DNA of 64,000 bases from Candidatus Thorarchaeota archaeon (GCA_046482545.1 JAWOEX010000028.1:128001-192000); one strand, 5' to 3'. Shown: positions 12,375 to 21,141, counted from the stretch's first letter. Numbers and translations: made by a program. Notes: generated by a model not told the origin, from the sequence alone.

Positions 12375-12875
12375 CTTCTGTTTATCTCCTTTCAAGATAA
12401 CCTGTTTCTTACAGTTTTAGGAACTGTGTGAAACTTCTGTGTTCCACCCTTCCCCTGCCAGCGTCGCCGCTCCCAAGGTACCCGTAGGCCTTGAGTCAGC
12501 AGGGGCTTTGTCCGTGTTCACTGGAATAGGATTCCTCCCTCGGTCCAGGCTTCTGTCTGCTGTCGTCATCCTGGGTCATCACTCCCGGCAACAGCGAGGT
12601 CTTCCACAGTTCTTGCCACGGCGTGGTCATGATCACCCACCTCAGCTTTGTCGCCGCCGCTGAGGAGGTCATTACAGACGAGGTGAACAGCCGCGGACGC
12701 CCCAGAGCTCGATGAATCTCCTGTATGGAGAGTGGGAACTTCTGTTTAGAAGAGCCTGTCTTCCTTGCAGCTTTCGGCCGCGTGCGTCACGCTACAGCGC
12801 TAGCCCACTTGCCTAGTCCTACTAGACCGGACTCCCGTACTAGGCCTAATGAACGCCCCCTGCTTGAAAGATAAT
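12375..12875 (-). ncRNA. Putative large structured non-coding RNA of unknown family (ends approximate)
   Basis: GC-rich intergenic island with many nested helices; C(UACG)G and GCGA/GAAA loops read correctly only on the minus strand; four ACAGAAG motifs; BRE/TATA-like GAAAAGTGTAAAATAT at about 12897-12912 on the minus strand. Confidence 0.7.
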
Positions 12876-13049
12876 CGTTACGGGAAATCTTACAGATATT
12901 TTACACTTTTCCACTCGGATTTTTTTAGGATTCTTGTAAAACTTATCCTTTCAAGAAATCAAAGCTATTAGGTATGCTCCAACCTATTCCCCAAGCTATA
13001 TATCCCGCTACGAAATGCTTGACGATACATATCGTTGCGGTGTAGAAAA

Positions 13050-14525
13050 ATGTCAAACAATCCAGATACCAAGAAAGTGGCTGCGTTTATTGTTGTTGTA
13101 CTTGTGATAGCTGGAGCTGCATTTAGTGTCATCATATTGATGGAACCAAGTGTGCAACCGGGTGGTCCAGAAGTTCAAATCGCCACAGCAGGTGAAACTT
13201 TGGCAATCACATTGAACGAAATCAAAGCAATGGAATCCCTAGAAGGATCTACATCATTTCAGAACACATACGGAAATGTAAGAGGACAGGGAAATTACAG
13301 TGGTGTCAAAGTTGCAGACTTAGTTGAGCTAGCTGGCGGTATGGAAAGTGATCAGATACTTACAGTTAATGCGACAGATGGATACAGCGTTACCTTCCCA
13401 TATTCCAAGGTCTTTCCAAATTCTACAGCTCGAACGATTCAGGGTGATATGATCCTTGCATACGAGTACAATGGAACCGAAGTTCCTGACTGGGAAGATG
13501 GCTACAGAATTGTGTTCCTCACTGATGACGGGTACTACTCCAACGAGGATGCTCAACAAACCACTCCGTCCGAATACTTTGCAGGAGCGGCGGGGCCAAC
13601 CTGCATCACAAATGTTGACACACTGAGAATTGAAACACCGGAACCGACAGCACTCAGTATCGCACGGGAAGAAGGAACTACTGAATTCACCATGAAGGAA
13701 TTGAAGCAGATGGATACCATAACCGGACTGGGAGGTTACAAGAGATCCTCAGGCTCTCTTGAGGGGCCGCACAACTACACGGCCGTAACAATGGAGACCA
13801 TTCTGAGTTCTACAGGAACATTGCCCGTCAACTATACCATAGAAGCAATGGGTAGCGACGGATATACTACCTACTACAACAGCACACAAGTTGAATCAGG
13901 TACTTTCCAAGGCTACGACCCTGACACAGGTGAAGATATTGGAACGATAGTCTGTAATCTCTCAATCGCTTACGCCGAAAACGGAGAGCCGCTTCCTTCA
14001 GACATAGGTCCACTACGCGTTGTCACCATCCACGAAGACGGCTATTTCACCGACGGTCACTTCTGGAATAAAGAAATCGTGCAGCTGACCGTGGTTGATG
14101 AAGTGCCAGATTGGCAAATCGAGCTGGATGGCGTGGAACATCTCAACATGACGCATGACGATTACTATGCCGGTGCTTCGTGTAGCCACCACACAACAGA
14201 AATAGAGATGAATGGCGACACCTTCAAGGGTTTGCCATTGTACGTCCTTGTCGCGGCTATGGATGGTGGTAATGATACCCACTACACATTCAATTCAAGC
14301 CTAGCTCTAGCAACCCATTACAATGTCACCCTCTATGATGGTGAAGGCAATAATGTCACTTTATGCATTGATCAGATTGCGGACAACACCAGCATTGTCG
14401 TGGCAGGCTGGAAGAACGGGCAGCTGCTTGAAGGAGATGAATGGCCTATCAAACTCGTCACGCCCAATGCTACGGCTGTACTTGACAGCATAACCAAGAT
14501 TGAAATGATTGGCTGGGATGAATAA
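13050..14525 (+). CDS. Membrane-anchored extracellular protein with three tandem molybdopterin-oxidoreductase-like domains
   Basis: N-terminal TM; repeated Y-x-G/A-V...A-x-DGY...LAY/IAY-x-x-NG...GPLR/WPIK blocks. Confidence 0.7.
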   Translation: MSNNPDTKKVAAFIVVVLVIAGAAFSVIILMEPSVQPGGPEVQIATAGETLAITLNEIKAMESLEGSTSFQNTYGNVRGQGNYSGVKVADLVELAGGMESDQILTVNATDGYSVTFPYSKVFPNSTARTIQGDMILAYEYNGTEVPDWEDGYRIVFLTDDGYYSNEDAQQTTPSEYFAGAAGPTCITNVDTLRIETPEPTALSIAREEGTTEFTMKELKQMDTITGLGGYKRSSGSLEGPHNYTAVTMETILSSTGTLPVNYTIEAMGSDGYTTYYNSTQVESGTFQGYDPDTGEDIGTIVCNLSIAYAENGEPLPSDIGPLRVVTIHEDGYFTDGHFWNKEIVQLTVVDEVPDWQIELDGVEHLNMTHDDYYAGASCSHHTTEIEMNGDTFKGLPLYVLVAAMDGGNDTHYTFNSSLALATHYNVTLYDGEGNNVTLCIDQIADNTSIVVAGWKNGQLLEGDEWPIKLVTPNATAVLDSITKIEMIGWDE

Positions 14526-14534
14526 GTCTCGATT

Positions 14535-14607
14535 AGGGGTATTCAAGGGGTTGAGGTAATTCTCGCTCCTCCCCCGAGACTGTAGTCCCCAATCAACACC
14601 CTTTTTT
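14535..14607 (+). terminator. Probable terminator: G/C-rich stem followed by a T7 run
   Basis: ggggttga...tcaacaccc followed by ttttttt (14601-14607) just after the stop at 14525. Confidence 0.4.
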
Positions 14608-14666
14608 GTGAACAATTACCGCTCTACACCAAACAGCGAAAGCCACGAGTCTTAGGAGCAAGATGA

Positions 14667-15275
14667 TTGATGACCGATAATACACCTCGGAGCCAGCAAA
14701 CGGGGAATTCCTTGGAAGAGGCAACGGCTTTAATCAACAGATCGAAGTATAGCGAGGCCGTAAATACACTCGAGAAGAGCCTTAAGGTCCAACCCAATAA
14801 TACAGAAGCATGGAAGACGCTGATAACCTGTCAGATTGAAATGAAGCAACCCCAGCAAGCCATTGATGCCCTGGAAAATCTACTGAGGATTGACCCAAGC
14901 GCGCAGCGAGCATGGGCAGATAAGGGGTATCTGCACCTTCTTCTCAATCAGCAATCAGAGAGCATAGAGTCTCTCAAGAAGAGCTTAGAATTGTCCCCGA
15001 GAAACTGGCGACACTGGCTGCTTCTAGCAGCGGCACATCTCTTGGATCATGAATGGAAAGAAGCCCTTTTGTCTCTTGAGAAGGTCCTGTTACTCAATCC
15101 AAGTCATGCTGAAGCATGGTACAACTGCGCTGTATGCCATTTGATGCTGGGAGACGAAGAAGCCGCAACAATAGCACTTGAGTATGCCACATCGCTAGAC
15201 CCGAATTTTGAAGACCTCATAGAAGAGTGGTCTGACGGAGAAGACGAAGTAGAGGACCTAGCAGAGGCGTCTTAG
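14667..15275 (+). CDS. Tetratricopeptide repeat (TPR) protein
   Basis: About four 34-aa repeats (P-x-N/S/H...AW...) and an acidic tail. Confidence 0.88.
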   Translation: MMTDNTPRSQQTGNSLEEATALINRSKYSEAVNTLEKSLKVQPNNTEAWKTLITCQIEMKQPQQAIDALENLLRIDPSAQRAWADKGYLHLLLNQQSESIESLKKSLELSPRNWRHWLLLAAAHLLDHEWKEALLSLEKVLLLNPSHAEAWYNCAVCHLMLGDEEAATIALEYATSLDPNFEDLIEEWSDGEDEVEDLAEAS

Positions 15276-15471
15276 AATGGCGGCATATTTACTACAGGAC
15301 TTCTGGCGTCAGGATATGTGGATTGGCAATTGTCTAGTTCACAATACAAGCTTAATTAAACGCAAGTACAGGAGATAAACCACAGAAGTAGGTGTACTAT
15401 TTCAGAATGTTGGGCATTTATTATACTAAATTGAAAGGAAATTAGTGTATTCGCGAAATAGACTTTAATAC

Positions 15472-18210
15472 ATGCTTGACAAGTCTGAACAAGACAACCA
15501 GGAGGCAGGCCCATTGGATACTCATGAATGGAGGCGAGAATTGGATAAACTCTCTGAAGCGAAGAGCACACTGGTGCACTTAAATCCCAAAGCTGATGAG
15601 AAACTGAAACGGCCAATGCGCCATTTGTACGACGTGTTCGCCAAGCTGAGTCAGACTGAAGAAGAAATCGAAGAAACCTCAGGCATAAACATTCTCAAGA
15701 AGAGGCGTTTGTCAGATCAAATTGAAAAGGTTTCTGGAGAGCTTAGAGAGGACTTCATGAGAGTTGTTAGAGATTTGGCCGACGAGGTGCGACAAGAATA
15801 CCATCAGACTACTCAGATGGCTCAGCGCCTCCAAAACATATCTCCGGCCAAAACCAAGTCAATAAAAGCACTTGAATTTCCTCCTGTTGGAGCTGGAGAC
15901 GTAAAAGATTTCCAGAGACTCTACAGTTTCCTCAAGGAATATTCTGAAAAATATACATCATTACATAGAGAAGTCGCAAGACAGGTAGGGGCATTACTTG
16001 ATGAAAATAAACGTACACTTGAGACCTATGAAAGACATATCACCATAGACCGGGGCGAAATCTCTGCAACAGTATCAATAGACAGCGTTGAAGGATTACA
16101 CATTGCAGATCTTGTCGAGGCAATGGAGAAACTCAAGGCTGAGAAGGCATACCTTGACGGACGGAAAGACGAAGTGAGCAGAATGCTCGCAGCCTCTCTT
16201 GTGTCTGAAGTTGAATCATTGCAGGCCTCAGTTGATACGGCATCTCGATTGGGATTGGAACTTCCAATTGACTACCCAAAGGAAATCAGAAGTATTGCCA
16301 GGGATGCCACACAAACGAACAATCTCACCTCCCTTGTGAGCTTGGAGAGTCAACTGCACTCTTCCAAACAAAAGATAGCGAACATGCTTAGAGACAAAAT
16401 CATCAATATCAAACATAGTGTGACCTCAAGGATTGTTGAAGGAGGCATACCTACCAGTTCGGATATTATTCCAGAAACTCCGACAGCGGTTCCTGAAGGT
16501 GATGACGTAGCTACTTTGCTTTCCGCCTATCAAAAAATGATTGAGTGGCAAGGGCAGGTCAAGATTGGGCTAAAAGATCGAATACAGGAAGTACTCGAGG
16601 AAATCGAGAAAGCAACTGAACGGCCTGAAGACGTAGGGATTAAGGATATCCTAACGGTCAGAGAATTTCTTGCGAATTCAAAGAAGAAGTTAGAGAAAGC
16701 CCAAATCGATGATATGATCAAGATATATCTGAAAGCTACCAACATGCAAGAGGAATATCGAAAAACAGTCACTGAGAAAATTCGAGAGTACTTGCAGCGT
16801 TTCAATGAACTTGCAACTTCAGCTGATAGAGTACTTGATTATGCACAACTCAGCAAGAAAGCACCAAAAGTGGATGAACTACAGGGTGGGTTGGTGTACT
16901 TGCTAAAGTCCCTAGACAACCTTCGGGATGCTGTTGAGAGTGGCGTGACTACATTTAGAGACGCAGCAAAGCAAGAACTCGAGGCCATTATCAACGACCT
17001 CCAAACTATCAAGCCAGAATATGCCGAGCTATTCCTTCCGATAATAGTTGACTTGGAAGATGGCGCTACGACAATAGAAGAACTTGATGAATTTGGTGCA
17101 ATTCGTTCTGAGATGCGAACAATCAAAGACAGTATTCTTGTGAAGGCCAAGGAGGCACTAGAAAATCTCAGGTATAGGCTTGGTGTCAAGATTCGTCTTG
17201 CTGCAGCTAAACTGATGGGTGCTGGAGTGACAATTCCGGGCGAGGTACAAGATTCAATCAGTGAACTGAACAATGTCGGTGTCGCAGCTGATTCTGTATT
17301 GAAATTGCCATCAAGAGCAAGAAAGATGATTGAAATCTATCAGAATGATATTTCCGGCGAAATTGTTGAGTTACTAGTCGACGAAGTCGATGAACTCATA
17401 GAATCATTTGACCAGGCTGCCAAGGTCGGCGTGCCGATGGATAAAGAGCTATCCAGATTGCGGAATATCAAACACAATCCCCCTCGGGAATTGGAAGCAG
17501 CAGCAGAGACATATGACGAACTGCGTACCCTAACCTCTTCAGAAGCACTTCAGAAGAAAATCCGCAGCAGGGCTGATCAGGCGTATGACCAGCTCAAAGA
17601 TGCAATCTCTATTTTCGAGCAGGAAGGGATGACTGATTTTGTACAGCGTTTGAATAATTTGCTGGATCAAGTCCCTGAAGAGATAGCAAGCGATGATACC
17701 GAAATCACTGAGACTCTTGATGTATGCCTTACTATGGCGAATATTCAAGAAGAGATGCTTGATGTGATTAAGAATATAGCAAACAAAAACCAAGAAACAT
17801 TACATGAAAATCTTTCAGAAGAGAGCAAGTACTACTCCACAATACGTCGAGTTTATGAAAGACATCCAAAAGAATTCAGCCAGAAAGTTTTCCCGCTTAG
17901 TCGCATGGAATCTCTTCAGGAGGAACTTCAGAATGCAGAAATGCTGGACACAGCAATAGCAAGATTCAACGAAATGAACGATCTCCAGACTAGGTGGGGG
18001 CAACAAGCGAAGAAAATGGATGATTGGCATAAATCACTGCGCATGTATATGTCAGGCTTTACCCCTGGGGCACCAGTTGATGACAGGAACAAGTTCATTG
18101 AGGACGCTAAGAGAGAAATCAAGGACAATTACAGCAAGGAAGACATAGTTTCTTATCTCTCTTGGGCGATGGACGTCATAGCTGACACAATGGTAAAGAA
18201 AAGAGAATGA
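15472..18210 (+). CDS. 912-aa all-alpha coiled-coil / helical-repeat protein
   Basis: E/K/L/R-rich amphipathic helices broken by Pro-containing linkers; recurring A-x-x-(L/V)G(L/V)x(L/I/M)P/D turns; no TM and no Walker motif. Confidence 0.85.
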   Translation: MLDKSEQDNQEAGPLDTHEWRRELDKLSEAKSTLVHLNPKADEKLKRPMRHLYDVFAKLSQTEEEIEETSGINILKKRRLSDQIEKVSGELREDFMRVVRDLADEVRQEYHQTTQMAQRLQNISPAKTKSIKALEFPPVGAGDVKDFQRLYSFLKEYSEKYTSLHREVARQVGALLDENKRTLETYERHITIDRGEISATVSIDSVEGLHIADLVEAMEKLKAEKAYLDGRKDEVSRMLAASLVSEVESLQASVDTASRLGLELPIDYPKEIRSIARDATQTNNLTSLVSLESQLHSSKQKIANMLRDKIINIKHSVTSRIVEGGIPTSSDIIPETPTAVPEGDDVATLLSAYQKMIEWQGQVKIGLKDRIQEVLEEIEKATERPEDVGIKDILTVREFLANSKKKLEKAQIDDMIKIYLKATNMQEEYRKTVTEKIREYLQRFNELATSADRVLDYAQLSKKAPKVDELQGGLVYLLKSLDNLRDAVESGVTTFRDAAKQELEAIINDLQTIKPEYAELFLPIIVDLEDGATTIEELDEFGAIRSEMRTIKDSILVKAKEALENLRYRLGVKIRLAAAKLMGAGVTIPGEVQDSISELNNVGVAADSVLKLPSRARKMIEIYQNDISGEIVELLVDEVDELIESFDQAAKVGVPMDKELSRLRNIKHNPPRELEAAAETYDELRTLTSSEALQKKIRSRADQAYDQLKDAISIFEQEGMTDFVQRLNNLLDQVPEEIASDDTEITETLDVCLTMANIQEEMLDVIKNIANKNQETLHENLSEESKYYSTIRRVYERHPKEFSQKVFPLSRMESLQEELQNAEMLDTAIARFNEMNDLQTRWGQQAKKMDDWHKSLRMYMSGFTPGAPVDDRNKFIEDAKREIKDNYSKEDIVSYLSWAMDVIADTMVKKRE

Positions 18211-18222
18211 ACAAGGAGGACA

Positions 18223-19614
18223 ATGACAATGCAAGGAATGGGATCACCAAGCTCTGAAGGCGATTCAGCGCGAGCTGCCGAGATATTTGCAATAGGAATA
18301 GGCGAATGCGGCTCAAATATCGTTGGTTCATACCTGCAATCAAGTAGAGACAAGAAGCTGCCCTCCAGAGTCAGAGGTTACATGCTCATCAACACAGATA
18401 GAGCAGACTTGACAAAAGTGCGGGATAAATACGGAATTCCCAAGGATCACACGCTCTTGTACGGAGCGAGCGAAATCGGTGTTGGTGGCAGATTCATGGA
18501 TGGTTATGAAGCTGTAATGAATTCGAAAGACATCATCTTCGATCAACTTGCCGGACTCGGCTTTGAAGGAGTCTCGGGATTTTGCATCTTTACCAGCCTT
18601 GGTGGGGGTACAGGATGTGGAGGTACCCCGGCGCTCATCAAACTCTTGAAGCAGAGATTCCAAGAAGAAGAAGGCAGGCGAATATTCGTCTATGTCATAG
18701 GAGTGCTTCCATTCGAAGGACAATCCAGCGAAGCTCTCAACTCGCTGTGGGGAATGTCCAAACTGCTTAGAGAACAGCTGCAAGAGCGTGGCGCTGATTT
18801 GACTATTCTTCTTAGCAATCGTACTATGCTGAAGCGAATCCTACAGTCGAGGAGAACAGACAGCGTAGACTACCTTCAGCGAGAACTTGAGATTGATATT
18901 GCCAACATAAATTCAATCGAGACAATGGTTCCTTCCACCCTAGAGTCCGCCGCTCCACAGGATGTAAGGACCGAACAAGCATTCGTAGAACTTGTCAATC
19001 CCATGGCGCTTGATGTAATTGATGCTATGCTTTCTCCCGGTGTTTACGAGCCTGAGAAAGATGTGTTTCCAACTACTGACTTGGCAGATTACAGTCGGCG
19101 TCTCGACCCTGTAGTAATACCTGCACTCTATCGGGACGCGGGCTTGATTCCTGATGCCGGTAACATGCAAAACCAACTCAAATCCATGGTGAATTATACG
19201 GCGACACAGCAATCATATGCTGATATAGGAGAGCAGCCAAATGCTGAATCGGTCTTCTATGTTTTCAAAGGGTCACGTCGAATCGCAAAAGCAGAGTATG
19301 GATCGTATCTTAAGGAGGCGTTGAGCCAGTTCACTGCACCAGGTGCGGCTATCACTCCATGCTATGTCAAATACGAAAATGAAACACCCACCGATCTATT
19401 GCTTCTTTTTGGCCTGCCTAAGATTCCCGAACTTGTCGAAATTGTCAAGGAAGCTACACAACTGGTAAATCTCCATAGCGGTAAATCGCCGCTCAAGCAG
19501 TCGTGGTTCAAGCGGTCAAAAGGTGTTGAACGGAGAGAATTGGTTAACGCCATCAACGACATTCGAGAGCTGTTCGGCTACTACGCTGATTTCCAAACCC
19601 AACCAACTGAATAG
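18223..19614 (+). CDS. Divergent tubulin/FtsZ-superfamily GTPase, tubulin-like
   Basis: EIFAIGIGECGSNI, INTD, GVGG, GFCIFTSLGGGTGCG signature, VLPF, T7-like TDLADY, tubulin H11'-H12-like C-terminus; AGGAGG RBS in a 12-bp gap after the upstream gene. Confidence 0.9.
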   Translation: MTMQGMGSPSSEGDSARAAEIFAIGIGECGSNIVGSYLQSSRDKKLPSRVRGYMLINTDRADLTKVRDKYGIPKDHTLLYGASEIGVGGRFMDGYEAVMNSKDIIFDQLAGLGFEGVSGFCIFTSLGGGTGCGGTPALIKLLKQRFQEEEGRRIFVYVIGVLPFEGQSSEALNSLWGMSKLLREQLQERGADLTILLSNRTMLKRILQSRRTDSVDYLQRELEIDIANINSIETMVPSTLESAAPQDVRTEQAFVELVNPMALDVIDAMLSPGVYEPEKDVFPTTDLADYSRRLDPVVIPALYRDAGLIPDAGNMQNQLKSMVNYTATQQSYADIGEQPNAESVFYVFKGSRRIAKAEYGSYLKEALSQFTAPGAAITPCYVKYENETPTDLLLLFGLPKIPELVEIVKEATQLVNLHSGKSPLKQSWFKRSKGVERRELVNAINDIRELFGYYADFQTQPTE

Positions 19615-19990
19615 ATAAGAAAGAGTGAATCACTCCTGCAATAGAGATATCCAATCTCCGGGAAATTTGCAGTCTCTAATCAGAAGGTCTGTGATGCACA
19701 CCTTCTGACTCAAACCTGACAATCACACTTACAAAGCACTTGGAGACATCAATGAACTTTCTTTCGATACACAATATGAAATCCAAGAACTTCAATTTCT
19801 TTGATTATCGTAAAATCTTCGAGTAACGCATCGATTCGTGGGATTAGAAATAAGTATTCATAGCCCATTTAAGAGGTCAGCAAAGTACCTATATGATAAC
19901 TGACCATGAGCTAGAAATCTTGATATTGATGCTCACATCCTGATGCATAGCCGCCAGTCAATCGAATGACTACTTTGGAGGAACCTTTGA

Positions 19991-21046
19991 GTGAGTGAAC
20001 CCCTACGAACAGATGAACTCGTCGAGAGATTGTTGGTTATCTCGACCCTGAACTCAACCCTCATACACTTCCTCCTCAGCTCGGAAATCGAGGGCAGAAT
20101 AGACCCCGACCGGGTCGACTCGTTAACGCAAGGTCTCAAGCGGACAAGAAAGTGGATGGAGAACGCTACAACCGCAAATGGTATTTCTGACTCGGAAGCA
20201 AACATTATGGGTCTCATCATAAAGCGGCTATCCCAAATTGAGAATCTTCTACCGAGACTGGCTGAACGCGAGAAGCTTGCAAGAATCAGAGGGAGACCTG
20301 CTACGGAAATCCTTTCTCTACTGGAAGGAGAAACCATGCGTGAGCCAGAGCGTGTTGCATCTCATGTTTCATCCACTTCGGATGCGATCCAAGTCACAGA
20401 TGAAATCCAGCCCCCAGAGGAAGAACCATACAGAAGAGTTGACATAGAAGATGACGAATGGGGGCTTATCGGTAGCACTCAACGTATGATTAACCAGTAC
20501 GCTAAGCGGTGCCACATTCTACTGCCTGCATTCTGGCTGGAAGTCCTGAAAGAACTCCATCGGTACAAATCAAATTCGCCATACATCGGCGATGTCATCG
20601 AAATACCGGCGAAAGTTATTGTACGAATCATACGGGGCTTGCTCACGGAGGCACCAGGAGCTAGACTGCTTCAAGACCTTCACAAGAAACGACCACCTGA
20701 AAAGGAGCTTATGCCAGAGGAGCTCGAACGAATTGAACGCGCAGTTGCGATATATTTCTCAGGGGTAGAACCCGTTCTGGTTGAAGAGGATGTTAATGTC
20801 AGGGAGAAAGTGCTTCAAGCCCAGACTACTTTTGATAGTTTTGATTGGGGCGGACCAGACCTAGAGAAGCGTATCATCAAGCGGCTTAATCAACGGTGTG
20901 AAGAAACACTCAGAAATGCAGAGACCGATACTGATGCTACAAGACAAATCATCTATGCTGAAACATCCAAGCTCCTCTGCAAACTTGAGCTCGCTCTCCT
21001 AGCTGAGCACAGATTCAGAGAAGTACTCGCTCAAATGAAACCATAA
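19991..21046 (+). CDS. Hypothetical alpha-helical protein
   Basis: 351-aa open frame with protein-like composition; no family recognised. Confidence 0.75.
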   Translation: MSEPLRTDELVERLLVISTLNSTLIHFLLSSEIEGRIDPDRVDSLTQGLKRTRKWMENATTANGISDSEANIMGLIIKRLSQIENLLPRLAEREKLARIRGRPATEILSLLEGETMREPERVASHVSSTSDAIQVTDEIQPPEEEPYRRVDIEDDEWGLIGSTQRMINQYAKRCHILLPAFWLEVLKELHRYKSNSPYIGDVIEIPAKVIVRIIRGLLTEAPGARLLQDLHKKRPPEKELMPEELERIERAVAIYFSGVEPVLVEEDVNVREKVLQAQTTFDSFDWGGPDLEKRIIKRLNQRCEETLRNAETDTDATRQIIYAETSKLLCKLELALLAEHRFREVLAQMKP

Positions 21047-21141
21047 AATGTCTGCATCATTCTTTTGGATATTAGGCCTCTATAGATAGCACCGAGCGTA
21101 ATTCCTCCCGTGACTGATTTGCACTCCACATCCGCCGGAAT

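Noticed and set aside
12439-12663. 74-aa plus-strand ORF
   Set aside because: Composition is not protein-like; it lies antisense within the GC-rich structured region
12375-12875. RNase P RNA, SRP RNA, group I/II intron, cobalamin riboswitch or U6-like ACAGAGA identity for the structured region
   Set aside because: Only fragments resemble these (GGGAGUCCGG, ACAGAA, CAGG...AGCAG); order and pairing do not fit the consensus structures. A divergent member cannot be excluded without a covariance search.
12380-12960. Replication origin (ORB-like TTCCA... motifs, TTATC..TTTCAAG repeats)
   Set aside because: Matches to the ORB consensus are partial, and no cdc6/orc1 is in the window
15472-18210. 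SMC/Rad50 or dynamin-like assignment for the 912-aa protein
   Set aside because: No Walker A/B, signature or G1 motifs
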